DNA from: Candidatus Parcubacteria bacterium
Lineage (GTDB): Bacteria; Patescibacteriota; Patescibacteriia; UBA1558; GWA2-36-10
Length of the DNA: 64,000 nt
Reading direction: 5' to 3'
Assembly: GCA_018664825.1 (NCBI GenBank)
Contig: JABJNO010000017.1
Coordinates: 163,011-227,010 of the forward strand
The notes beneath the pieces were generated by a model. That model saw only the letters and a list, made by a program, of their open reading frames with translations. It was not told where the DNA came from and searched no databases. Of the stretch, positions 39,319 to 48,555 are shown piece after piece. The translations under genes and the position numbers were made by a program. The first letter of the stretch is position 1. Each line of letters opens with the position of its first letter.

Positions 39319-39355
39319 TAGTGTAAAATATACACTAATGTAAAATATACACGTA
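39319..39355. promoter_or_regulatory. Candidate operator: 19-bp palindrome TAGTGTA-N5-TACACTA followed by a second half-repeat ATGTAAAATATACACGTA, abutting the -35 TTGACA (39359..39364) of the NAD/TerY-P operon promoter (-10 TAAAAT 39382..39387).
   Basis: Seen directly. Perfect 7-bp arms. Position overlaps the promoter of the downstream operon. Confidence 0.45.
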
Positions 39356-39536
39356 CTATTGACAAAAATACGAAAATATGATAAAAATAGCGGTTTCATA
39401 TGTAATAAAAACAATGTATTACTCCCCTATTTTGACCTAACTAGTGGAGCTCATTTTTGGGCTATATCAGTGAGGCCAAAAGTCCTAGTTCATTAACAAT
39501 TGGTTTTGGTAAAAAAACAAAACGAAAGGAGAAAAT

Positions 39537-40397
39537 GTGAAACTTTCAGACGTATTCGAAATCGCTTCTGGCACTATCACAGGCTTTGATCATGTGATCT
39601 CAAGCAAAAACAATCAGGACGGTCTAGCTATCTATGCTGATGATGATCAGCTAATAGCCGCTGTCTGTGATGGTTGTAGTGGTAGTAAAAAAGCGGAAGT
39701 CGGCTCAAACATTGCCGCGCGGTTGATTGTAAATCTACTGCGTGACAACCATTCTCTCTATTACGAGGATGCGCGTGCCTTGGAAAGGCTAAAGGATGAT
39801 TTCCTTATTGGTCTTTGCAATGTCGCGAAAGAGTTGGACACCAACTATCGTCAAGTTTTGATTGAGTACTTCCAATTCACTACCGTAGTGATGGTGCTCA
39901 ATCGTATCCAAAATAAGCTCTGGATTTTTTCTATTGGAGATGGTGCTATTGCTGTCAACGGAGAATTCGTTGACCTTGGTCCTTTCCCTGATAATGCGCC
40001 TCCCTATGTTGTCTACAATATGTTGGACACTAGCTTGGCTCAAGACAATCCCGAACTTTTGGATTTTCGGCTCAACTATGAGCTAGAACTAGACGAACTC
40101 CAGTCAGCAATGATTGGAAGTGACGGAGTTATTGACCTTGTCAATATTTCCGAACACAAGATGCCAGGAAAACAAACCTTAGTCGGTCCTCTGTCTCAAT
40201 TTTGGGAAAACGATTTGTTTTTCCGCAATCGAGATGCCTTGAGACGCAAACTGGTCTTGACCAGTCGTGAGTCTATCAAGCTGGATCGTAGCACTACCCC
40301 CTTTGGACTCCGTAAAGAACCTGGACTTTTGCCCGATGACACAACTATGTTTATCATCCGTCGCAAAAAGCCAAGCGAGGAAGGTGAAGTAACATGA
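39537..40397 (+). CDS. PP2C-family Ser/Thr protein phosphatase (GTG start).
   Basis: AAVCDGCSGS (PP2C motif DGxGG-like), conserved Asp positions, C-terminal LPDDTTMFIIR (DDxT motif). SD AAGGAG 5 nt upstream of GTG. Confidence 0.7.
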   Translation: MKLSDVFEIASGTITGFDHVISSKNNQDGLAIYADDDQLIAAVCDGCSGSKKAEVGSNIAARLIVNLLRDNHSLYYEDARALERLKDDFLIGLCNVAKELDTNYRQVLIEYFQFTTVVMVLNRIQNKLWIFSIGDGAIAVNGEFVDLGPFPDNAPPYVVYNMLDTSLAQDNPELLDFRLNYELELDELQSAMIGSDGVIDLVNISEHKMPGKQTLVGPLSQFWENDLFFRNRDALRRKLVLTSRESIKLDRSTTPFGLRKEPGLLPDDTTMFIIRRKKPSEEGEVT

Positions 40398-42262
40398 ACG
40401 TCTATCTAGGCGGAAAGCTTCTTCGCCTAAATCCAACCAAGTCAATTGGTAAAGGTGGTGAAGCTGATGTCTTCAACGTTGGTCAAGGATTGGCGGCTAA
40501 AATTTTTAAAGCCCCTAATCATCCTGACTATACTGGTCAAGCACACGAACAAAAAGCAGCCCAAGCTCGTCTGCTAGAACATCAGACAAAGCTCCGAGAA
40601 TTTCCTCAAAACTTACCTCCCAGAGTAATCACACCTAGAGGCTTGATTACCAACAAACCGGGAACTAAAATTTTGGGTTATGCTATGGAGCTAAAGCTAG
40701 GTGCTGAAGTATTGCTTCGCTACGGCGAACGCAGTTTCCGACAAGGTGGAGTTGGCAATGACTTGATAGTTGATATTTTCAGTGACTTGCATGAGACTGT
40801 CCTTGGTACACACAAAGCAAACGTTGTCTTCGGTGACTTTAATGATTTGAATATTTTGGTCATCAACAACCAAGCTTTTGTAATCGATGCTGACAGCGCT
40901 CAATTTGGCAAGTATCTCTGCAAAATGTTTACCGCCAAGTTTGCTGACCCCCTACTCTGTGATCCCAAGGCAACTTCGCTTGCGCTCAAAAAACCTCACA
41001 ACTCCAACTCTGACTGGTATTCCTTTGCTATCATGTTGATGCAATCCCTGCTCTTTGTCGGTCCTTATGGCGGTGTCTATCGCCCCAAAGACAAAAGCAA
41101 ACGCATGACGCATGATGCTAGGCCGTTGCACCGAGTGACTGTGTTTGACCCAGAGGTCAAATACCCTCGGCCAGCTACACCATTTGGTGTATTACCTGAC
41201 GATCTCTTGCAAGAATTTCATCGTATTTTTGTAGAAGATAAACGCGGAATCTTTCCGTTGCAACTTCTCCAAGAATTACACTGGACTACTTGTAGTGCCT
41301 GTGGTGCCGAACATGCTCGTGGTACATGCCCCGAATGTTCTCAAGTTGCCCCAAGCGCAATCAAAGAGACTGTCATGATCCGTGGCACAGTGACATCTAC
41401 CAGGGTTTTCAAAACTGCTGGTGTGATTATCTATGCTGCTGTTCAAAATGCTAAGCTCCATTGGCTCTGCCATGAAAACGGTGCTTACTTCAGAGAAGGA
41501 AATCGTAAGGTTATTCCTGGAAATCTCGATCCCCAGATGCGTTTCCGCATTCAGGGAAAAAATACGTTGATAAGCAAGACCGGACAATTGATAAAGATGC
41601 TCCCCGATGGGTCAACGTCCAAAGAACGAGTTGATAGCTTTGGCATCCTGCCAATCTTTGACTCAAATTCTAGTCACTCATACTGGCTCCAAGGCGGACA
41701 ATTGATGCGAGACGGACAATTTGGTCCCAAACGCATTGGTGATGTTTTGGAAGGACAGACGCTCTTCTGGACTGGAGATGAATTTGGCTTTGGTTTTTAC
41801 CGAGCTGGAAATCTCTGTGTAGCCTTTAGCTTTGATGCAAAAAAACCAGGTATCAATGACTCGATCAAATTACCTCCTATCAGAGGTCAGATGATTGATT
41901 CTACCTGTACATTTTCCAAAGAACGAGCTTGGTTTTTGATTGCTACCCGCCAAGGCGGAAAAACAATCAACCAATGTATCATCATCAACCGCAACGGAAC
42001 TATCGAAGCCGAAGCTGAAGCCGAAGAAGGCGACGGTAGCTGGCTCTCTAGCATCCGAGGCAAATGTGCAGCCGGCAAATTTTTGCTGGTCGCTACCGAT
42101 GATGGCATTGTCCGAGTGGAAGAAAATGGCGGCCAACTGTCGGTCACCAAAAAATTCCCTGACACTGAGCCCTTTGTACATTCTGGCTGCAAGCTATTTT
42201 CTAGCCAGGATGGTCTATGTGTTATCGATCAAAAAGAAATCCGCATCCTGAAAATAAAGTAA
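40394..42262 (+). CDS. Eukaryotic-like Ser/Thr protein kinase with a central zinc ribbon and a ~330-aa C-terminal beta-rich domain.
   Basis: GKGGEADVF (Gly loop), AAKIFK (VAIK-like Lys), FGDFNDLNILV (catalytic loop D..N), IDADSAQFG (DFG-like), CSACGAEHARGTCPEC. Start overlaps the PP2C stop (ATGA). Confidence 0.7.
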   Translation: MNVYLGGKLLRLNPTKSIGKGGEADVFNVGQGLAAKIFKAPNHPDYTGQAHEQKAAQARLLEHQTKLREFPQNLPPRVITPRGLITNKPGTKILGYAMELKLGAEVLLRYGERSFRQGGVGNDLIVDIFSDLHETVLGTHKANVVFGDFNDLNILVINNQAFVIDADSAQFGKYLCKMFTAKFADPLLCDPKATSLALKKPHNSNSDWYSFAIMLMQSLLFVGPYGGVYRPKDKSKRMTHDARPLHRVTVFDPEVKYPRPATPFGVLPDDLLQEFHRIFVEDKRGIFPLQLLQELHWTTCSACGAEHARGTCPECSQVAPSAIKETVMIRGTVTSTRVFKTAGVIIYAAVQNAKLHWLCHENGAYFREGNRKVIPGNLDPQMRFRIQGKNTLISKTGQLIKMLPDGSTSKERVDSFGILPIFDSNSSHSYWLQGGQLMRDGQFGPKRIGDVLEGQTLFWTGDEFGFGFYRAGNLCVAFSFDAKKPGINDSIKLPPIRGQMIDSTCTFSKERAWFLIATRQGGKTINQCIIINRNGTIEAEAEAEEGDGSWLSSIRGKCAAGKFLLVATDDGIVRVEENGGQLSVTKKFPDTEPFVHSGCKLFSSQDGLCVIDQKEIRILKIK

Positions 42263-42290
42263 TCAAAAGGAGGCCTTTTCCGTTAAGACT

Positions 42291-43373
42291 TTGTCTTTCA
42301 CCGTCAAACCTTTTCACTTTTCCGGAGGAAAAATCATGAATAAGATTCTACCCATTCCCCCTCATTTCAATCCGTCCCAGGCTAGCGAAGCCTATCGCAA
42401 TCCCTACCAAGAGCTGTTTGTAGCCGCTCAAAAGTGGGCTCGTGATCACGGATTGACCTCAGCTGGCGCTGACAAAAAGAGGGTCTGTTTGATGCCGATC
42501 GATACCCAAAACACCTTTTGCCTGCCCGACTTCGAGCTCTTTGTAGCTGGTGCGAGTGGCAATGGTGCTGTCGATGACAATATCCGTCTGTGTGAGTTTA
42601 TCTATCGCAACCTCGGTACTATTACCGAGATCTGTCCGACTATGGACACGCACAAGCTCATGCAAATCTTTCACCAGATGTTTTGGGTGAATGAAAACGG
42701 AGAACATCCCGAACCGATGACTATCATCAGTTTGGATGATGTCAAGACTGGTGTCTGGAAGGTCAATCCCAAGATCGCCGTAAGTGTTGCCAATGGCAAC
42801 TACGCTGGTCTCCAACGTCATGCTTTGCACTACGTCACTGAGCTTACCAATGCTGGCAAGTATCCACTCATCATCTGGCCCTTCCACGCCATGCTGGGTG
42901 GAATCGGTCATGCTTTGGCGAGTGTGATAGAAGCAGCTTGCTTCTTCCACGCTACCGCTCGCGGTATGGATACTGGCTTCGAGATCAAGGGAGGCAATCC
43001 GCTTTCTGAGAACTACTCTGTTCTTCGTCCGGAAGTACTCACCACTGATGGTGGCAATCCTATCGGACAAAAGAATACGACTTTCATCGAAAAGCTGTTG
43101 TCGTCCGACGTGCTGATCATTGCAGGACAAGCCAAAAGCCATTGTCTGGCCTGGACTATTCAGGATCTCTTGGATGAGATTTTGGCCCAGGATCCCAGTC
43201 TGGCGAAAAAGGTTTACATCCTGTTGGACTGCACTTCTCCTGTCGTCATTCCTGGTGTGATTGATTTCACTCCTCAGGCCGACGAAGCCTTCCAGCGCTT
43301 TGCTGATGCTGGTATGCATATCGTCAACTCGACCGACCCGATCACTGATTGGCCCGACATCGACTTGGGCTAA
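42291..43373 (+). CDS. Isochorismatase-family hydrolase (nicotinamidase PncA-like), unusually long at 360 aa.
   Basis: LMPIDTQNTFC (catalytic Asp motif) and AGQAKSHCLAWTIQD (catalytic Cys motif). Confidence 0.65.
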   Translation: MSFTVKPFHFSGGKIMNKILPIPPHFNPSQASEAYRNPYQELFVAAQKWARDHGLTSAGADKKRVCLMPIDTQNTFCLPDFELFVAGASGNGAVDDNIRLCEFIYRNLGTITEICPTMDTHKLMQIFHQMFWVNENGEHPEPMTIISLDDVKTGVWKVNPKIAVSVANGNYAGLQRHALHYVTELTNAGKYPLIIWPFHAMLGGIGHALASVIEAACFFHATARGMDTGFEIKGGNPLSENYSVLRPEVLTTDGGNPIGQKNTTFIEKLLSSDVLIIAGQAKSHCLAWTIQDLLDEILAQDPSLAKKVYILLDCTSPVVIPGVIDFTPQADEAFQRFADAGMHIVNSTDPITDWPDIDLG

Positions 43374-43438
43374 GTGTTTCATTTTCTTTATTGATCAATC
43401 GATCAATATAAACTTTTCTTAAAACAAGGAGGAGCAAA

Positions 43439-44227
43439 ATGAGCTCACCCAACGTTAGTGATCTTTTCCAGACTGCTGCTGAAGAAGGCGAATTGTCTGC
43501 TGGTACCATGCAAGTTTTGCAGGTAGCCGACATTGGCGCCAAAATTCAGGGAGCCCTGGGAATTGGTGTCGATCAGTTTGAATCCAGCGAAACTACGCTA
43601 GTCACTCTGATGCCGGACGATTCTGGTAGCATCCGTTTTGCAAACAACACTCAGTTGATGCGAGATGGTCACAACTTGGTACTCGACTCTTTGTCGGACA
43701 CCAAGCAAGCCGACAACATCCTGGCTATGACCCGTTATCTCAATGGAGAAGTTCTCTTTCCTTACGGTCCACTGGCATCTGCCGTCCGTATGGATCAGGG
43801 CAACTACAATCCCAATCAGGGTACTCCGCTCTATGATGAGTCGGTAGTCTTGCTCGGCGCTGTCCTGGCCAAAGCTCAGGAATTTGCCGATGCTGGAATC
43901 ATGGCTCGGACAATCACCCTACTCATCTCCGACGGAGCTGATCAGCATTCTCGACACCACGGTGCGGCTGACGTCGCAAAATTGGTTGCCGACATGCTGA
44001 GTCAAGAACGCCATATCATCGCTGCCATGGGTATCGATGATGGTCACGGTACTGATTTCCACCAGATTTTTGCTGCTATGGGTATTCCCGCCGAGTGGAT
44101 TCTCACTCCGGGTACCGATGCTAGTGAAATCCGAGCGGCTTTCAATACTTTCTCCAAGTCGGCTGTTCGTGCTAGCCAAGGTGCTGGTAGTTTTTCCCAG
44201 ACTGCAATGGGAGGCTTCGGCGCTTAA
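43439..44227 (+). CDS. vWA-domain protein (TerY-like).
   Basis: MIDAS motif LMPDDSGSI (DxSxS) with downstream Thr and Asp positions. Size ~260 aa, typical of TerY. Terminator 44246..44285. Confidence 0.65.
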   Translation: MSSPNVSDLFQTAAEEGELSAGTMQVLQVADIGAKIQGALGIGVDQFESSETTLVTLMPDDSGSIRFANNTQLMRDGHNLVLDSLSDTKQADNILAMTRYLNGEVLFPYGPLASAVRMDQGNYNPNQGTPLYDESVVLLGAVLAKAQEFADAGIMARTITLLISDGADQHSRHHGAADVAKLVADMLSQERHIIAAMGIDDGHGTDFHQIFAAMGIPAEWILTPGTDASEIRAAFNTFSKSAVRASQGAGSFSQTAMGGFGA

Positions 44228-44398
44228 CCAAAACCAACAACGGTGGAGTGTGTACCAAAAGGTGCACACTCCACTACTCTATTTTTAGAAAAGTGTTACC
44301 AAATACTTTGGTGATAATTTTCTTACCTTAAATATTTTGAGGTAATGTGTTCGTTTACAAATGTTCAACAATCAACCACCACTCAAAAGGAGAAAAAG

Positions 44399-44995
44399 AT
44401 GTTTGATCATGGAATGCCCAGTAAAATAGTTTGGAATGGTTTCTACAAAGTAGAGCTAATCGAAATCCCTGGAGCTCCTCATCCCCTCGAAATCATCCAT
44501 GCTACTGACTCTGTCAGCGTCCTATTTTACAACCTTGCCGAGCGTTATGCCCTGCTGGTCCGCCAGCCCCGTATCGCTATGGCAACTGATAAAAATCCCG
44601 AAGGCATGATCACCGAAACAGTTGCTGGTCGCTTTGACCTCAAAATCGGTGCTCGTGGCCTGATCGTCAAGGAAGCTCTCGAAGAAGCTGGTGTCGAAAT
44701 CACCGAAGGCCAAATCGAAATGCTCAACAACGGTCAGCCTATGGCTCTCACCGCTGGATGTAGCACTGAAAAAGCCTATCTGGCTATCTGTGAAATCAAT
44801 GCAACTATGATCGAGGCTCAGGAAAGAGTCTTTGGCGTCAAAGACGAAGGCGAAGAGATCGAAAGAATCTTTATCCCCTTTGCTGATCTGGAAGAATACG
44901 TCTGTGAAGACCTGCGTGTCTTTACTCTCATCCAGTACCTACTCAGCAAGCTGACGACCAAGGCTATCACCAGGCTCATCGACGATGTCGTATAA
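44399..44995 (+). CDS. Nudix-fold hydrolase (ADP-ribose pyrophosphatase-like).
   Basis: ETVAGRFD...KEALEEAGVEI matches the REuxEExGu half of the Nudix box. SD AAAGGAG upstream of ATG at 44399. Confidence 0.5.
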   Translation: MFDHGMPSKIVWNGFYKVELIEIPGAPHPLEIIHATDSVSVLFYNLAERYALLVRQPRIAMATDKNPEGMITETVAGRFDLKIGARGLIVKEALEEAGVEITEGQIEMLNNGQPMALTAGCSTEKAYLAICEINATMIEAQERVFGVKDEGEEIERIFIPFADLEEYVCEDLRVFTLIQYLLSKLTTKAITRLIDDVV

Positions 44996-45029
44996 ACTTT
45001 CCAAACCCCTTAACACAAGGAGAATTCAC

Positions 45030-46280
45030 ATGGACAGACCAATCATCAAATCCCTGATGGACTTGGATTTTTACAAGCTCACCATGGGACAGTTGATATT
45101 TCTCATGTACGCTCACATTCCAGTGACTTTCAGTTTTATCAATCGTAGCATTGACGTGCAACTTCCAAAGCATATCAATGTCGATGAACTGCGCGAACAA
45201 CTGGAGCATGCTCGTACTCTGCGTATCAACCCCGATGAACTTGGCTGGCTGGTCAGTAGCACAAGTATTTCTGGAAAACGAATCTTACAAGATCCGTATC
45301 TGAAATTCCTGTCTACTCTGCGCTTGCCAGAGTTCAACCTCGAAGTTGATGATGATAGAAGATTGCACCTGCAATTTTATGGCCCCTGGTCAACAGTCGT
45401 TTACTGGGAGACCATTGCCCTCTCAATCATCAATGAGATGTGGTGTCAGAGCCAGATGAAGGATATGAGTCGCTTCGAACGCGACTTGATTTTGACCGAA
45501 GGCAAGATGCGTCTAGGAAAAAAGATAGCACTTCTCAATCAACCTCAATGTGAAGGCCTGACTTTTTCTGACTTCGGTACCCGTCGTCGTTTTTCTGGCG
45601 ATTGGCAGTCGTATGTAGTTGACGCTATGGCCAATGAGCTGACCCAAGCAAAATTCAGGGGAACTTCAAATGTTCGCCTGGCTATGGATCACCATCTCCG
45701 ACCAATCGGTACTTCGGCTCACGAATTACCGATGATCATGAGCGGTATTATGCACAAAAACGATGACTCTATCCGAGCTTCCAACCAGCAGGTTTTGACC
45801 GACTGGTGGAATCTTTACGGACATGAGCTGTCTATTTTCTTGCCTGATACCTATGGTACCAAGTTTTTCTTTGACAACCTGACTCATGAACAGGTAGTCA
45901 ATTGGAGAGGCTTCCGCCATGACAGTGGTGATGCTATCGAGTTTGGCGAAAAGGTCATTTCCTTTTATCAGTCTCATGACGTCGATCCTCGTGAAAAGAT
46001 AGTTGTTTTCAGTGATGGACTTGATATTGAAAAAATTATCAAGTTCTATGGTCATTTCAAGGGTCGCATCGACACCGATAATGGTTGGGGTACTACTCTG
46101 ACCAATGACATGGGATTACGTACCTTGTCTCTGGTAGTCAAAGCTACCGAGGCCTGTGGTCATGGCTTGGTCAAATTGTCTGACAATCTGGCCAAAGCTA
46201 CTGGTAACCCCACTGATGTTGAACGCTTCAAAAAGATCTTTGGTCACACCGTGACCACTCGTACTGAGTGTAAGGTCTAA
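45030..46280 (+). CDS. pncB: Nicotinate phosphoribosyltransferase (NAPRTase family).
   Basis: N-terminal LMDLDFYKLTMGQ and SDFGTRRRFS motifs. SD AAGGAG upstream of ATG at 45030. Confidence 0.75.
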   Translation: MDRPIIKSLMDLDFYKLTMGQLIFLMYAHIPVTFSFINRSIDVQLPKHINVDELREQLEHARTLRINPDELGWLVSSTSISGKRILQDPYLKFLSTLRLPEFNLEVDDDRRLHLQFYGPWSTVVYWETIALSIINEMWCQSQMKDMSRFERDLILTEGKMRLGKKIALLNQPQCEGLTFSDFGTRRRFSGDWQSYVVDAMANELTQAKFRGTSNVRLAMDHHLRPIGTSAHELPMIMSGIMHKNDDSIRASNQQVLTDWWNLYGHELSIFLPDTYGTKFFFDNLTHEQVVNWRGFRHDSGDAIEFGEKVISFYQSHDVDPREKIVVFSDGLDIEKIIKFYGHFKGRIDTDNGWGTTLTNDMGLRTLSLVVKATEACGHGLVKLSDNLAKATGNPTDVERFKKIFGHTVTTRTECKV

Positions 46281-46401
46281 CACCTGTGGTGGGTAGAACA
46301 AAACTCTACCCACCACTCTTTTCTCAAGTCACCAAAACTTTGGTGATTTAAAAAAGGAAAATGTTCATTTACAATCAAGGTTTAAAACAAAGGAGAAGGC
46401 G

Positions 46402-47373
46402 ATGATTAAGTACCTACTTGCCTATCGTGAGATGGGTGAACTAGCCAAAGCTCTTGGCGAGTCAATGGCAACTCAAGACTCTACAACCCTAGTACCCAAA
46501 CACATCGAATGGAATAGGTTTGAAAACAACTACCCCAACCTCTTTATACCCAAGGTAGAAGAGATCGATGGCAGTGATGTAGTTTTTCTGGCCAATTTGG
46601 AAAAACCGGAAACTATTTTTGAACAACTAGCCATCATCCATGCTCTGCCTCGTTATGGTGTCCGCTCCCTGACTATCGTCCTACCATATTTCCCTACAGG
46701 AACTATGGAAAGAGTCGACAACGAAGGTCAGGTTGCTACTGCCATGACTCTGGCTCGGCTACTTTCAGCTACACCCTTGACTATGAATGGTCCTGCTCGG
46801 ATTGTCATCTTTGACATCCATGCCTTACCTGAACGCTTTTATTTTGGTGACGCAGTGATACCTCAATTGGTATCGGCTATCCCTTTGCTAAAAAGCCGAC
46901 TGGTAAAATTTGCCGAGGAAACCGATGATCCTCTTGCTATCTGTTTTCCGGACGAAGGCGCCAGAAAAAGATTTGGCAACATGTTCCCTGGTTACCCGCA
47001 GATTATTTGTGACAAAATTCGCGATGGCAATTCTAGAAATGTAGTCATAAAAGAAGGCGATCCTCGTGGTTACCACGTAGTGATTGTCGATGATCTGGTA
47101 ATTAGTGGTGGCACTACCAATGAGTGCAAAAAAGTACTCTTTGCCAATGGAGCCGCTGCTGTAAGTGCTTATGTCACTCATCCTGCATTTCCTCAAAAAA
47201 GTTGGAAACGCTTCATCGAGCGTGATCCTGAAGGATTGAATTTCTCAAACTTCTGGATTACAGACTCTTGTCCAAATACGGTCAGTGAGATCTTTTCTTA
47301 CAACAAGCATCAGGGCCATGGTCCTTTTGAAGTTTTGTCTCTGGTAGACCCTCTACTGGAAATGCTTAGTTGA
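46402..47373 (+). CDS. prs: Ribose-phosphate pyrophosphokinase-like PRTase-fold enzyme. Atypical.
   Basis: PRPP/ribose-5-P binding loop VVIVDDLVISGGT and overall Prs architecture. The canonical catalytic flexible loop (PYxGYARQDR) is replaced by PYFPTGTMERVDNEGQ. Confidence 0.65.
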   Translation: MIKYLLAYREMGELAKALGESMATQDSTTLVPKHIEWNRFENNYPNLFIPKVEEIDGSDVVFLANLEKPETIFEQLAIIHALPRYGVRSLTIVLPYFPTGTMERVDNEGQVATAMTLARLLSATPLTMNGPARIVIFDIHALPERFYFGDAVIPQLVSAIPLLKSRLVKFAEETDDPLAICFPDEGARKRFGNMFPGYPQIICDKIRDGNSRNVVIKEGDPRGYHVVIVDDLVISGGTTNECKKVLFANGAAAVSAYVTHPAFPQKSWKRFIERDPEGLNFSNFWITDSCPNTVSEIFSYNKHQGHGPFEVLSLVDPLLEMLS

Positions 47374-47433
47374 TTTGATCTCATCAAACCATCTCTTGTC
47401 TAAAACAAGAATACTCAAACGAGGAGATAAACA

Positions 47434-48396
47434 ATGAAAAAACCTGGAATCTTGGAAAAAGATCAGTGCGAGGCTATTATTGGCCTAGCAGCAAGCTCAC
47501 TCTATGAATACTGTGAACATCATGGTATTCACTATGTAGTCACTGGATCTTCCGGTGGTTTGGATAGTGCTGTCACTCTAGCCTTGGCTCAACGAGCCTG
47601 CAAGATGGCCGCTGAGAATGACTTTGATCTCACCTCTGTGGGTTTGATCATGCCTTGTCATTCTGACGAGTCTGCCGAACGCCTCGGCAAGATGGTCATC
47701 GAAAAATTTGGTGCCGAACAGATCACTATTGATCTAACATCAAACTTTGACTATGCCACCAATCTAATTGATGGCACCAATAGCCAAATCACGCATATTC
47801 TCAGAACTACCGGCGGTGTTGATGCTATTGATCAGCTAGATTGGTCCAAGAATATTGCCCAAGGCAATATCAAAGCTCGTATGCGAATGATGTTTGGTAC
47901 TTACCACGTCGCTCGCATGATGAATGGGATGGTCCTATCTACTGACAACCTGTCTGAGTTTTGGATGGCCTTTTGGACTATCTGTGGTGATGTCGGCGAC
48001 TACGGCATGATCCAGAGCCTCCTCAAAGGTCTCGAACTTTACGACTTGGCTGATTGCCTGGGTGTACCCAAGGAAATCATCAACTCCAAACCCGATGATG
48101 GATTAAACGTCGGTAACGGTGATGAAGATCAACTGGGTGCTTCTTATCCAGTACTCGATCTAGTAATGATCGAGCTTATCCATCAGGGATTTGATCCCGA
48201 TGGCAGCCTCGACCAACTCATGACCCTACCTTCTGTCGAAGGTGTTGACCAAGACGTGGTCGTGAAATTGGCCAAACGTTGTTTGCGAGGTAGCTTCAAA
48301 CGACATGGTCCAATCGTACTTTCACGTGCTGAGCTTGGCTTAGCTGCAATTAAAAACCTTGACCTTGATATGATTCAAAATCATTTCAGGGACTAA
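47434..48396 (+). CDS. nadE: NH3-dependent NAD+ synthetase.
   Basis: PP-loop VTGSSGGLDSAV (SGGxDS). ~320 aa is typical for NadE. Confidence 0.8.
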   Translation: MKKPGILEKDQCEAIIGLAASSLYEYCEHHGIHYVVTGSSGGLDSAVTLALAQRACKMAAENDFDLTSVGLIMPCHSDESAERLGKMVIEKFGAEQITIDLTSNFDYATNLIDGTNSQITHILRTTGGVDAIDQLDWSKNIAQGNIKARMRMMFGTYHVARMMNGMVLSTDNLSEFWMAFWTICGDVGDYGMIQSLLKGLELYDLADCLGVPKEIINSKPDDGLNVGNGDEDQLGASYPVLDLVMIELIHQGFDPDGSLDQLMTLPSVEGVDQDVVVKLAKRCLRGSFKRHGPIVLSRAELGLAAIKNLDLDMIQNHFRD

Positions 48397-48403
48397 CACA
48401 AAA

Positions 48404-48440
48404 CCCCCGTCGATTTTTTCGACGGGGGTCTTTATTTTAT
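48404..48440 (+). terminator. Terminator CCCCCGTCGATTTTTTCGACGGGGG followed by TCTTTATTTTAT (copy 1).
   Basis: Identical 39-nt copy at 49335..49373. Confidence 0.7.
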
Positions 48441-48464
48441 ATAAAAGATAAATTTTACTAATTC

Positions 48465-48493
48465 TTGACATTTTCTGTATTTTATGCTATAAT
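48465..48493 (+). promoter_or_regulatory. Consensus promoter TTGACA-17-TGcTATAAT driving 48556..49305.
   Basis: Exact hexamers with extended -10. Confidence 0.6.
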
Positions 48494-48555
48494 AATAAAT
48501 TAGTAAAAATCACTAGTTTTACCGACGGTTCATTAACACAAAAAAGGAGAAAACA

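Noticed and set aside
46402-47373. Calling the Prs-like gene an ADP-ribose pyrophosphokinase (NARP1 Adps) and the pncB as Namat.
   Set aside because: The PncB-like protein carries NAPRTase-type motifs (DFGTRRR) rather than Nampt-type, and NadE is present, which fits classical Preiss-Handler salvage. The atypical Prs loop is noted but substrate cannot be decided from sequence, so it is kept as a hypothesis only.
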